A stretch of 38,261 bases of DNA from Candidatus Kaiserbacteria bacterium RIFCSPHIGHO2_12_FULL_53_13 (GCA_001781555.1 MFLP01000030.1:16164-54424), one strand, 5' to 3'. Positions 8,184 to 16,912 are shown, counted from the stretch's first letter. The notes: generated by a model from the sequence alone, not told the origin. A program made the numbers and translations.

Positions 8184-8564
8184 TTAATTAATATTTTCAG
8201 TAAATTTTGCAGCTATTTTTTTACGAAGCGTCTGTATTTTCGGATCATTACTGATTGACGCTGCTGTATCAAGTCTCTTTAAAAATAGCTCAAGTTCTTC
8301 AGGGGAACCCACTCCATATTTTTCAACCCACTTATCAACTTCATTCACAATTTGGTTGGCAACCTCTTTTGGTTTTAAAGATTCACCATCGTGCCATTGA
8401 GGGGATTTGCGGGTTAGAGCAATATCCCTTTCGAACACGTTTTCTCGCCTTGTTGCAGAATCGCCCGCGCTAGATATAGGTTGTAATTGGGCAGCTTTAA
8501 TGAGGCGGCCAATTTGTCTTTTCACACGTTCTTCCGGTCGAAGTCTTTCTAACCCCTTACCCAT
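8184..8564 (-). CDS. Hypothetical 126-aa predicted all-helical protein, first gene of a two-gene operon with the trypco2-like gene
   Basis: Clean ORF in the AT-rich island, 10 nt upstream of the next ORF. TGCTAACAT (extended -10) lies 6 nt upstream of the ATG. I recognise no family. Confidence 0.55.
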   Translation of the reverse strand: MGKGLERLRPEERVKRQIGRLIKAAQLQPISSAGDSATRRENVFERDIALTRKSPQWHDGESLKPKEVANQIVNEVDKWVEKYGVGSPEELELFLKRLDTAASISNDPKIQTLRKKIAAKFTENIN

Positions 8565-8579
8565 GGAAGCATGTTAGCA
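8565..8579 (-). promoter_or_regulatory. Extended -10 box abutting the 126-aa gene start
   Basis: TGCTAACAT (8579->8571) - 6 nt (GCTTCC) - ATG (8564). Confidence 0.45.
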
Positions 8580-8584
8580 CGGTG

Positions 8585-8597
8585 TATGATTAGCGCT
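8585..8597 (+). promoter_or_regulatory. -10 box abutting the transglutaminase-like gene start
   Basis: TATGAT (8585-8590) - 7 nt - ATG (8598). It lies back-to-back with the divergent -10 box at 8571-8576. Confidence 0.4.
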
Positions 8598-9257
8598 ATG
8601 GCCTACCGCAACAGATTAAAAGCCGTGCTCTCCCCCGCCGAGCGTAAAGTTTTTACTGAACTGAACACCGCGCAAAAGATACAAGATTATTTGGATTCCA
8701 TTCCAATTAATTTTGAGGTCAAGGGAGAGACTTATATGTCGTCGAGACGCGTCATTCGAAATCAGACGGCGCATTGCTTTGAAGGTGCTTTGTTTGCGGC
8801 GGCGGCGCTCGCGTATCACGGAGCGCGCCCTCTGCTCCTTGATCTGAGAACGATAGACGAGGATCAGGACCATGTCGTGGCATTATTCCGGCAGAATGGC
8901 CTTTGGGGCGCTATCAGCAAGACCAATCATCCCATATTGCGCTACCGCGACCCCGTGTACCGAAGCGTGCGCGAACTCGCGATGTCGTATTTCCACGAAT
9001 ACCTCTTAGATGACGGTAGAAAATCTTTGCGGGCATACTCACGGCCATTCTCCCTAACACGCTACCCGGTGAAAACATGGGTGACGGCGGAGAAGGACCT
9101 GCATTTCCTAGTTGAGGCGCTCGACAGCTCCCACCACTTCCCCATCGTTCCGGGAAAAACGATGCGATTGTTGCGCAAAGCATCGCGCGTTGAAACGAAA
9201 GCGATGAACATCGTCGAGTGGCCGGAGCTGAAGAAATCTAAGAGCCGCCCGAACTAG
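8598..9257 (+). CDS. Transglutaminase-like / papain-fold putative cysteine peptidase
   Basis: Cys in QTAHCFEGALFAAAALAYHGARP and His in QDHVVALFRQNGLWGAISKTN follow the C...H...(D/N) spacing of transglutaminase-like cores. Start ATG 8598 is preferred because TATGAT lies 7 nt upstream. The ORF-track start at 8571 would sit 6 nt from the divergent gene. Confidence 0.5.
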   Translation: MAYRNRLKAVLSPAERKVFTELNTAQKIQDYLDSIPINFEVKGETYMSSRRVIRNQTAHCFEGALFAAAALAYHGARPLLLDLRTIDEDQDHVVALFRQNGLWGAISKTNHPILRYRDPVYRSVRELAMSYFHEYLLDDGRKSLRAYSRPFSLTRYPVKTWVTAEKDLHFLVEALDSSHHFPIVPGKTMRLLRKASRVETKAMNIVEWPELKKSKSRPN

Positions 9258-10534
9258 AAATAGTTAGTCGGATTAAGGTACCCTGAGAGTGGCGCTATCG
9301 GCATGATGGCATTCGCGCACGGAGTCTTTTGCTTCGTCGCGTCTCCTAGCCGCATTATCTGCGTTGCAGATGAGACATACACGCCGAAATGGAGATGCGG
9401 ACCCGTCGCATATCCTGTCTGCCCGCTGTAGCCGATAAGCTGGCCGGTCCCCACCGATTGCCCCTTGGAGGCGGAAATCTGCGATAGGTGCGCATAGAGC
9501 GTATCTAGGCCATTGCCATGCTGGATGAGTATCCAGCGACCGTATGAATAGCAGCCGCGCACGGAGCCGGTGTCGCCTGTGCCTATCACGGTACCCGTCA
9601 GAGCCGCTCTGACAGGCGTTCCTATCTGCGCACGTAGGTCAATGCCGTTGTGCCCTTTGCCGTTGTACCCGCCGCTTCGCGCGAACGAGGTATCGCCGAA
9701 TTGTTGCGTGACCGCCACTTTGTCGAGCGGCCAATGTAGAATTCCACGTCCTGCCGGCGTGATCTTTGACGGGTCAACCGTGTACTGGAACTTTGTCTGC
9801 AGATCTTGCAGAGCGCTCTCAAAGCTCGCCTTGGCGGCCTGTTTTTGGGCCAAAATTGCCTGGAAGTTCGATTCCTGTGCTTTTGTCTGTTCCAGAAGCT
9901 CGTTCTGCGCTTTGCGTGTCGCATCCAAGGACCCCTGTTGCGTTACCAATGTTTGCTGCTGTTTCAATAGTTGCGCGCGCTTGGTTTCCGCGGCAGTTTT
10001 AGTATCAGTAAGAGACTGCTTCTCGACTGATAGACGGTCTATATCCTCCCGTATTGATTCCTGGAGACTTGCCATTGAATCCGCATCCTGCCAAGCGTCC
10101 GAGATCTGGTCTGAAGACAAAATTGCGATCGAAAGCGGCTGCTGCTCTCCGCGTTCCAGAAGCCGGAGCGATTCGGCAAGGCCTTCCTTATTGTTTTGGA
10201 TCGAGCTTTGCTTGTTCGCGATGCTGGTTGAAAGCTGCCGTATCTGCAATTGCGTCGTATTTATCTGGCTTTTCGTGACGTTGATGGAAGCGGTCAGCTT
10301 CTTACGCTGAAGATCAAGCTGGGCAACCGTGTTCTGCAATGTGTTTTTTTGTTTGATGGTCGCATCAAGCTGCACTTGATACTGCGCTATTTCCTTTTCA
10401 AGCGCCGCTATCTGGGCAGTATTCGAATCTATTTGCTTTTGAAGCTCGTCGGCCGATTGAGCGACTGCAACTAACGGACTAATTAGTACCGCGAAGGTCA
10501 AAAACGCGGCGTATGTTCTCACATAGGTTTTCAT
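9254..10534 (-). CDS. M23 family metallopeptidase with signal/anchor and long coiled-coil N-domain (EnvC-like)
   Basis: M23 motifs GHNGIDL and GPHLHFGVY. The N-terminal half is Q/L/K-rich coiled coil. The start overlaps the gltX stop (ATGA). Confidence 0.88.
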   Translation of the reverse strand: MKTYVRTYAAFLTFAVLISPLVAVAQSADELQKQIDSNTAQIAALEKEIAQYQVQLDATIKQKNTLQNTVAQLDLQRKKLTASINVTKSQINTTQLQIRQLSTSIANKQSSIQNNKEGLAESLRLLERGEQQPLSIAILSSDQISDAWQDADSMASLQESIREDIDRLSVEKQSLTDTKTAAETKRAQLLKQQQTLVTQQGSLDATRKAQNELLEQTKAQESNFQAILAQKQAAKASFESALQDLQTKFQYTVDPSKITPAGRGILHWPLDKVAVTQQFGDTSFARSGGYNGKGHNGIDLRAQIGTPVRAALTGTVIGTGDTGSVRGCYSYGRWILIQHGNGLDTLYAHLSQISASKGQSVGTGQLIGYSGQTGYATGPHLHFGVYVSSATQIMRLGDATKQKTPCANAIMPIAPLSGYLNPTNYF

Positions 10535-11889
10535 GCATTGCCTAAAATACTTATCGCCGAATTGATACGCCTTAATGTTGGCTCTTTACCTATTATGGCA
10601 GCGACTTCAAAAGGGTCTGGCGAGCGGGCTCGTCCCGTTAGAGCGTAGCGGAAAGGCCACAAGACGGCACCTCTCCCCTCTTTTGTGGCATAGCTCCATA
10701 CCGCCTCTTTTATTTTGTTTTGGTCCGCAAACAATTCATTCGGCGAATCAGCCAGGATTTTATTAATCGTATCGAGATGTCGCGCTGCATTTGCGGGATC
10801 CTTACCCTTCTCTGGTATTTCTGCACGATCCAGTTTTGGATCTGTGAAAAAGTAGTCGAATTCCCCTTCCGAAACAAGTGCGCGCAGGTCCTCCCATACG
10901 CTTATGCGTTCGCGCACAAGAGTTACTAATGAGCGCCCGACGTTTTCGCTCCAGGCAACGCCGCGAACGTCGAGCGTCTCCGCCATGATCCGCATGGTCT
11001 CGTTTGCAAATATTTTCTCCGGCATCTTGGTGAGATATTGCCTGTTGAACCACCGCAATTTTTCGATGTCGAACACGGCCCCGCTTCTATGCAGGTCCTC
11101 TATATTGAATTCTTTTATCATATCGTTAAGGTCCATGACCTCCCTTCCGGAAGGCGGAGTCCATCCAAGAAGAGCAATGTAATTCAATAGGGCCTGCGGC
11201 AAATACCCCTTTTCTCGATAGTCCCGAACGGAAACGTCTCCTTTGCGCTTTGAAAGTTTTGATTTGTCAGCAGCCAAATGCAGTGGATAGTGCGCATATT
11301 GAGGACGCGCCAGCCCTAAGGCTTCTTGTATGAGTATTTGCCGCGGAGTGTTCGAGATATGCTCCTCGCCGCGTATAACATGCGTTATGCTCATCTCCGC
11401 GTCGTCGGCGACGACTGCGAAATGATACAAAGGGTCCACGACAGAGCGCGCGATAGCGAAATCCTTCAATTCGGCGGTGTCAAAGGTTATATCTCCGCGG
11501 ATGAGATCGTGGAATGTTATCAGAGTTCCGGGGTTCCTAAGTCGAACGACGCTTGCCATCTTTCCCGGTTCTTTTTTGCTCTCCTCCACGGAAATATAAG
11601 CCTTGTCGGCATTGATAAGCTGTTCCAGATATTTCTTATATATAAGAGTGCGCTCGGACTGTCTATAAAACTCTTCCCACTCAAGGCCGAGCCACTTCAG
11701 AGATTCAATGATGTCCTCTTCGTATGCCGCGTTGCTCCGTTCCTTGTCGGTATCTTCACTGCGAAAGATTATCTGGCCGCCATGTCTGCGTGCGAACAGG
11801 AAATTCAATATAGCCATGCGCGCAGTGCCGACATGACAGAAGCCCGTCGGACTCGGAGGAATACGAACACGAACAAGCCCGCTCTTCAT
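10531..11889 (-). CDS. gltX: Glutamyl-tRNA synthetase
   Basis: RIPPSPTGFCHVGTARMAILNFLFAR (HIGH-type HVGT) and a KLSKRKG loop. The start overlaps the murG stop (ATGA). Confidence 0.93.
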   Translation of the reverse strand: MKSGLVRVRIPPSPTGFCHVGTARMAILNFLFARRHGGQIIFRSEDTDKERSNAAYEEDIIESLKWLGLEWEEFYRQSERTLIYKKYLEQLINADKAYISVEESKKEPGKMASVVRLRNPGTLITFHDLIRGDITFDTAELKDFAIARSVVDPLYHFAVVADDAEMSITHVIRGEEHISNTPRQILIQEALGLARPQYAHYPLHLAADKSKLSKRKGDVSVRDYREKGYLPQALLNYIALLGWTPPSGREVMDLNDMIKEFNIEDLHRSGAVFDIEKLRWFNRQYLTKMPEKIFANETMRIMAETLDVRGVAWSENVGRSLVTLVRERISVWEDLRALVSEGEFDYFFTDPKLDRAEIPEKGKDPANAARHLDTINKILADSPNELFADQNKIKEAVWSYATKEGRGAVLWPFRYALTGRARSPDPFEVAAIIGKEPTLRRINSAISILGNA

Positions 11890-13028
11890 ACCGCTTCGTG
11901 CTCCAACGCGGTTTCAACGATGATCTCCGCGATCTTACGAGCGCTTTGCGGACGAGCGAATTCGCGCGCCGCATCAGACATCTTCTTCTGCAGTTCTTTA
12001 TTTCCTGTAATGCGTTCGATTTCTGCGACAAGTAGATGCGGAGTGAGATTGCGCTGTTCTACGATGACCGCGGCGCCTCCGCGCGCGTACGAATATGCAT
12101 TTTCCGTCTGATCGTGGGAAATGTCATCCGGCAGAGGAATGAGTATTGAAGGTATTCCCCAACAGGCAATTTCGAAAATTGTGCCGCTGCCTGCGCGCGC
12201 GATTATAAGCGAGGCGATACCCGCTGTCATGCGCATGGAAAGCGTGTTCAATAATCCGAAAGCACGATAGCGTTTATCAAAGGAAGAACTTTCGAGGACA
12301 AGCCGGGAGATTTTCCTCGTCTCGTCCTGATTAGCGGTACCTGTTTGATGGACGACGTTATAGTGTTTGACTAATTCCGGCAGAGCGTCCAAAACCGCGT
12401 CATTTATAGCTTTGGCCCCTTGAGAGCCGCCCATGATGAATATGGTCGGAACCGAATCCTCAAGTTTCAGAAACTCATGACCCCCTTCATGCGCTACGGC
12501 TTCAATTTCCTTGCGAATAGGATGTCCTACCCTGGCTATGCGGCTCCGGACCTTATCCGGAAATTTTGTTGCGGCATCCGGATGAGCAACTGCGATCCAT
12601 CTGGCGAATTTTGACGACCAGACCGATACGCGTCCAGGAGTTGCGTCGGCATCGTAGATAACGACGGGTATGCGCAATATCCATGCGGCGAATAGCGTCG
12701 GATATGCGGCAAATCCCCCTGTCGAGAACACAACGTCCGGATAAATCCTGAAAAGATTGACCGTACCGCTTATAATGCCCCATGCCGTTTTGAAAATATC
12801 AAAGAAATTTAAAATACTCGCATATCGCCTCATCCGCCCTGCCTGGTTCTTCACATACACGATGTCGTGCTCGTGCAGGGCTGCAGTATCAAAGACATCT
12901 GGGCCTATATAGAAAAGCTCTGGCTCGATCAACGTGCGCTCCTTTGCCAGATCCTCGATAGCTTCAGAGACTGCGATAAGCGGATAGAAATGTCCTCCAG
13001 TCCCCCCGCCGGTTAGTGCGATTTTCAT
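11886..13028 (-). CDS. murG: Lipid II synthase MurG (UDP-GlcNAc:MurNAc-pentapeptide-undecaprenol GlcNAc transferase)
   Basis: MKIALTGGGTGGHFYPLIAV glycine-rich N-terminus and a GT28 C-domain (GGSQGA). Located in dcw context. Confidence 0.92.
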   Translation of the reverse strand: MKIALTGGGTGGHFYPLIAVSEAIEDLAKERTLIEPELFYIGPDVFDTAALHEHDIVYVKNQAGRMRRYASILNFFDIFKTAWGIISGTVNLFRIYPDVVFSTGGFAAYPTLFAAWILRIPVVIYDADATPGRVSVWSSKFARWIAVAHPDAATKFPDKVRSRIARVGHPIRKEIEAVAHEGGHEFLKLEDSVPTIFIMGGSQGAKAINDAVLDALPELVKHYNVVHQTGTANQDETRKISRLVLESSSFDKRYRAFGLLNTLSMRMTAGIASLIIARAGSGTIFEIACWGIPSILIPLPDDISHDQTENAYSYARGGAAVIVEQRNLTPHLLVAEIERITGNKELQKKMSDAAREFARPQSARKIAEIIVETALEHEAV

Positions 13029-13062
13029 CAGCTTATTGTATCTCCATGATGCTCATTTTCAA
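13029..13062 (-). promoter_or_regulatory. Internal promoter for murG, leaderless geometry
   Basis: TTGAAA (13062->13057) - 16 nt - TACAAT (13040->13035) - 6 nt (AAGCTG) - ATG (13028). Confidence 0.55.
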
Positions 13063-13076
13063 ATCTACGCTGCACA

Positions 13077-14183
13077 TCATCTCTTTGTGCTATGCCTGGA
13101 TACGCTCAGCAATATTCCAGCGCTTGCAAGCGATACGAGCATGGCACTGCCGCCTTGACTGACGAATGTAAGAGGTATGCCGGTCAATGGCGCCATACCG
13201 AGCATGGCGGCGATATTGATCAGCGCCTCGCTTCCGAGATATGTTGAGATCCCGACGGCTAGAAGACCGCCAAACATGTCGGGAGTATGCGCGGCTACCG
13301 CGAACCCGCGAAGCGTGAACGCCAGAAATAGGAATATTATTGAAATTCCGCCTAAAAATCCGAGCTCCTCAGCAGCTACGGCAAATATGGAATCACCCAT
13401 AGGTTCAGGCAAGTAGGTAAATTTCTGTACTCCTTGACCGAATCCGCGGCCGGTGAGACCGCCGGAGCCGATGGCTATAAGAGATTGCTTTATCTGATAT
13501 CCCTCGGCTTGTTGATTTTGAGATGGATAGAAGAATGTCATTACCCGGTCGCGCATGTACGGTCTGTAGAGCATGAGAATGCCAAGCGCGAGAGGCACGA
13601 TGCACAGGACGATGAAAATGTGCCGCCATGGAGCGCCTGAGGAGATAAAGATAGCGAACACGCTTGCTGTGATTATGCCAAGAGTCCCGATGTCCGGCTG
13701 TAATACGAGAAGAACCGCAGGAATCGCGATAATTCCTAAGAATCCGCCAAGGCCGTACTTGAGAGATTGAATGTTGGAACGTATCGCTACAAAATATGCA
13801 GCGGCCATGATTATCGCGCCTAATTTCAATGCTTCCGATGGCTGGAAAGACATTCCAAAAAGGTCAATCCAGCGTCTGCCGCCGCCATGCTCAATACCTA
13901 GTTGTGGTACGAAGACCAGAGCGGTTGCTGCAAGTGCGAGAACGAAAATGTACGGCGCGAACCGGCGCCATCGCCGGTAATCTATATTGCTGGTGACGAC
14001 AAGGGCTATGACGCCTATCCCGATGCCTAATATGAGATGGTTAAACACGACCGAAGTGATGTTTCCGAATCCGCGAGCCAGCAGTCCGAATGCTGCAGAA
14101 GAGAAAACAAGAGCCCCGCAAACGACAAGCACAAAAACTAGAAGTGCAAGAGGCCTGTCTACATGCGATGCTCGTTTTTTCAT
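13077..14183 (-). CDS. ftsW: SEDS-family peptidoglycan polymerase FtsW/RodA
   Basis: About 10 TM helices and SEDS motifs (QPSEALKL, LQPDIGT, PLTGIPLTFVSQGGS). Lies between mraY and murG. Confidence 0.88.
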   Translation of the reverse strand: MKKRASHVDRPLALLVFVLVVCGALVFSSAAFGLLARGFGNITSVVFNHLILGIGIGVIALVVTSNIDYRRWRRFAPYIFVLALAATALVFVPQLGIEHGGGRRWIDLFGMSFQPSEALKLGAIIMAAAYFVAIRSNIQSLKYGLGGFLGIIAIPAVLLVLQPDIGTLGIITASVFAIFISSGAPWRHIFIVLCIVPLALGILMLYRPYMRDRVMTFFYPSQNQQAEGYQIKQSLIAIGSGGLTGRGFGQGVQKFTYLPEPMGDSIFAVAAEELGFLGGISIIFLFLAFTLRGFAVAAHTPDMFGGLLAVGISTYLGSEALINIAAMLGMAPLTGIPLTFVSQGGSAMLVSLASAGILLSVSRHSTKR

Positions 14184-14211
14184 GGTTCAGATCGGATCTC
14201 GCGCGTATTCG

Positions 14212-15273
14212 TTATACGGAAATTATCGCAATGATCACTCCTGCGAAAGCAAAGACGACCGAAAGCACCCAATAACGCATGACGACTTTATATCCCGGCC
14301 AGCCGATCGCCTCGAAATGATGATGCAGGGGCGCGATGCGCAGGAGTTTTTTTCCGAAGAATCTTTTTGAAAGAACTTGTGCGATATCTGATGCAACTGT
14401 TGCGACAAGAAGCCCGCCGATTATGGGCAAGACCGCGATACCCACTCCTCCACCCAAACTGTCTGTCATGAACGCAATGACGGCTATCGTAAGCGTCAGC
14501 GCCATTGTTCCGGTGTCTGACATATAAAAACGCGCAGGCGGAATGTTGAACCACAAGAATGCGAGCAGACCGCCGACTACGGACGCCGAGAAAGCGGCAA
14601 GGTCTATCTGATTCTGCGCGAAAGCGATGATGGCGTACGATGCGAAAACGGAAGCAAATACGCCGCCCGATAGACCGTCAATCCCGTCTATAACTCCGGA
14701 AGCATACACGGCAAGCGAGACGAGGACGAAGAGAGGTATTATGAGCCATCCTATTCCGATCGGGTTTCCAAATGGGATATTGACAGTGCTTACGTCGAGT
14801 TTTGCCCAAAACCACCAGCCGATATAAATGGAAAGAAGGACCACGACGAGAAGCCGCAGACGCAGCGGTAGACCGACGCCATTCTGCCGTATAACGAGAA
14901 TGTCATCTACAAGACCGGCGAGGGCTCCTATGATGAGCGCGGCCAGCGGGATCCAAGTTTGATTGCGGCTTAAGAAATCGAGCTTGAGGATTTCCGCACT
15001 GGGAACGAATTTTGCAACAACGGCTATTCCGATGATAGTGATCAATACGCTTCCCCATACGACGATCCCGCCCATGCGCGGAGCCCTTACCTCGTTTTTC
15101 TCGTGGAGACGGTTGAATTCGACTGCACTCGAACCGTCAAGCGCGGTCTTACCCGGGCTCTTTTTCCAGGCCTTATATCTATAGAGATAATGGGTCAGCA
15201 ATGGAGTGGCTATAATGCCTATAGCAAAAGAAGCGGTGGCAGGAACGAGCACTCTCACTATATCGGATAGCAT
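14212..15273 (-). CDS. mraY: Phospho-N-acetylmuramoyl-pentapeptide transferase
   Basis: Polytopic membrane protein with MraY motifs (GLVDD, DGIDGL, MSDTGTMAL, APLHHHFE). Confidence 0.92.
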   Translation of the reverse strand: MLSDIVRVLVPATASFAIGIIATPLLTHYLYRYKAWKKSPGKTALDGSSAVEFNRLHEKNEVRAPRMGGIVVWGSVLITIIGIAVVAKFVPSAEILKLDFLSRNQTWIPLAALIIGALAGLVDDILVIRQNGVGLPLRLRLLVVVLLSIYIGWWFWAKLDVSTVNIPFGNPIGIGWLIIPLFVLVSLAVYASGVIDGIDGLSGGVFASVFASYAIIAFAQNQIDLAAFSASVVGGLLAFLWFNIPPARFYMSDTGTMALTLTIAVIAFMTDSLGGGVGIAVLPIIGGLLVATVASDIAQVLSKRFFGKKLLRIAPLHHHFEAIGWPGYKVVMRYWVLSVVFAFAGVIIAIISV

Positions 15274-15285
15274 TTGGACATTGTA
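15274..15285 (-). promoter_or_regulatory. -10 box abutting the mraY start
   Basis: TACAAT (15285->15280) - 6 nt (GTCCAA) - ATG (15273). Confidence 0.45.
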
Positions 15286-15310
15286 CGGCTTTCAGGGGCG
15301 GCAGTAAACG

Positions 15311-16318
15311 CTATCTTTCCATGGAAATTATCTGACGCGCTCTCTCTACGAGTTGCTTCATATCTTTAAAGCGCCCTTCACGGGTCGAACCGAGTACGAC
15401 AGCGACAACTGGGTGAGCTGGCGCCACGTCAAAGACAACGGCGAGGTTCCCACCCGCGAGGTCAGTTATGCCAGTTTTGCCCATTATTAGGCCCGGTATG
15501 TCGCGTACCGCCTCATTCGTGTTATACGCCACCGTCCTCCCCTTCCCGTTCGAAGATTTCAGGATTATTCCGCTCTCTGCAGTTTCATTGAAAATCGAAG
15601 ACTGCGAAGAAGATACGGCATATGCGTAAAGAGTTGCAATATCGCGTGCTGAGCCATATGCGCCGGATAATGTCGTGCTTTCGTCTAATCCGCTCACGTT
15701 CAGGAAATAAGTGTGCGTTAGCCCGAGCTCGCGCGCGACATCGTTCATTCGCCATACCGCCGCGGAGCCCGCTGGAGCATCGGGATATCGGGCTCTTATG
15801 GCGCTGTCTGCCGCTTCCGCAAGGATCTCGGCGCCAGCGTTCGAAGAAGCTACAAGTGTAAAATCAATTATATCTTGGATGCGCCATTTCTCGCCTTTTG
15901 CAAGCCGCTCGATGCTTCCCTGAGGCGCAGTATCGCGCGGTATCGTCACGATCGTGTCCGGCGATAATACTTCCGACACCACAAGCGCCAATGGGATCTT
16001 TACAAGAGAGGCGAGTGGTAATTGCACGTCCGGATTGTAGGCATAAAGCGTAGCGTTGTCTTTTAGATCTATTACGATAGCACTTTTTGCCGAGTGAGAG
16101 AGGTCCGCGAAGATCTTTTCAGCTGCAACCGCTGGCGATGCGACCGCCGTTCTTGGTTCTACAGGAAGTTCGGTAGATTTATATTCAAATGCGACAGTTA
16201 CAAGTGTCAATGTTAGCAATGCAAAGCTCAGCGTCCTTATAGCGGCTGTTTTTTCAGTTTTCTGCGGCAGTTCCCTCTCGCTGAGCGGGGCTGTTTCTTG
16301 TGTCGTCCAGATCTCCAT
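15311..16318 (-). CDS. D-alanyl-D-alanine carboxypeptidase (S11, PBP5-type) with N-terminal membrane anchor
   Basis: SxxK (ASLVK), SxN (SSN) and KTG (GKTGIT) in the correct order. The 5' end overlaps scpB by 65 nt if the ATG at 16318 is used. Confidence 0.85.
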   Translation of the reverse strand: MEIWTTQETAPLSERELPQKTEKTAAIRTLSFALLTLTLVTVAFEYKSTELPVEPRTAVASPAVAAEKIFADLSHSAKSAIVIDLKDNATLYAYNPDVQLPLASLVKIPLALVVSEVLSPDTIVTIPRDTAPQGSIERLAKGEKWRIQDIIDFTLVASSNAGAEILAEAADSAIRARYPDAPAGSAAVWRMNDVARELGLTHTYFLNVSGLDESTTLSGAYGSARDIATLYAYAVSSSQSSIFNETAESGIILKSSNGKGRTVAYNTNEAVRDIPGLIMGKTGITDLAGGNLAVVFDVAPAHPVVAVVLGSTREGRFKDMKQLVERARQIISMER

Positions 16319-16883
16319 GCTCTGTTTTTAATGATTTCTGTGCGGTCTCAAATGAAGCTAATTCACTCGTTATTTTAGCATATTCCGGCAATTTTGACAC
16401 ATCGGTCACCCCCAGATGAGCCAAAAGCTCTACAGTGCAGCGATAGAGATATTCTCGCGCATCTTTCGGGTTATTTTCACGCACGGCAAGTCCGCGCGCC
16501 AAAAGCGTTCGAAGAGTCGAGCTTGTATTCACTCCGCGTATGTAATCAATTTCCGCGCGCGTGGATGGCCCGCGATATAAAAGTATCGCCAGCACTTCAA
16601 GGCCAGCATCTCCTATTTCACGTCCCAGTTCGCGTTCGTACGCAGCTTCTACAGAGTCGGCAGCTTCCGGAGAAACAGATAATCCTGCCTCGGTGTCAGT
16701 GCGTATAAGCGACACGCCGCTTTGCGAGAGCCGATCTCTAAGTTGCTGCAAACCGGCGACCAACTCCGCCTGACTGCATCCTATTAGTTGAGCGAGTTTG
16801 CGAAGCGAGAGCACACCGCCCTCTGCGAAGAGAAATGCTCCTGCCTTTGTCGCGACATCCGATATTTGTTGTTGTGAATTCAT
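16254..16883 (-). CDS. scpB: Segregation and condensation protein B
   Basis: Two winged-helix modules (AFLFAEGGVLSLRKLAQLIG..., LEVLAILLYRGPSTRAEIDYIRGV). Lies directly downstream of scpA. Confidence 0.88.
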   Translation of the reverse strand: MNSQQQISDVATKAGAFLFAEGGVLSLRKLAQLIGCSQAELVAGLQQLRDRLSQSGVSLIRTDTEAGLSVSPEAADSVEAAYERELGREIGDAGLEVLAILLYRGPSTRAEIDYIRGVNTSSTLRTLLARGLAVRENNPKDAREYLYRCTVELLAHLGVTDVSKLPEYAKITSELASFETAQKSLKTEHGDLDDTRNSPAQREGTAAEN

Positions 16884-16912
16884 CTATTACTTTTTATATC
16901 TTCTAATTATCA

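Larger units (their letters stand above)
6755..8570. other. AT-rich accessory island (310-nt non-coding stretch plus three orphan genes)
   Basis: Base composition drops visibly relative to both flanks. Contents have no housekeeping identity. The island contains a 17-bp inverted-repeat pair. Confidence 0.55.

Noticed and set aside
9570-12111. Plus-strand ORFs of 246 aa (9570-10310) and 261 aa (11326-12111).
   Set aside because: They are antisense to the M23 peptidase and to gltX/murG. The C/S/R-rich translations are typical of the reverse frame of coiled-coil and GC-rich genes.
5700-14195. Shared 12-mer GATCTGAACCAT upstream of rpmA and ftsW as evidence of a repeat element.
   Set aside because: A single shared 12-mer is expected by chance many times among all position pairs in a 38-kb window on two strands. 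Only the positional coincidence of the TGAACC core at start codons is retained, as a low-interest finding.
16254-16318. The 65-nt scpB/carboxypeptidase overlap as a possible frameshift or fusion signal.
   Set aside because: Both frames read through cleanly with their own conserved motifs. The overlap involves only the non-conserved tail of ScpB and the pre-anchor N-terminus of the peptidase. An unrecognised downstream non-ATG start could also remove most of it.
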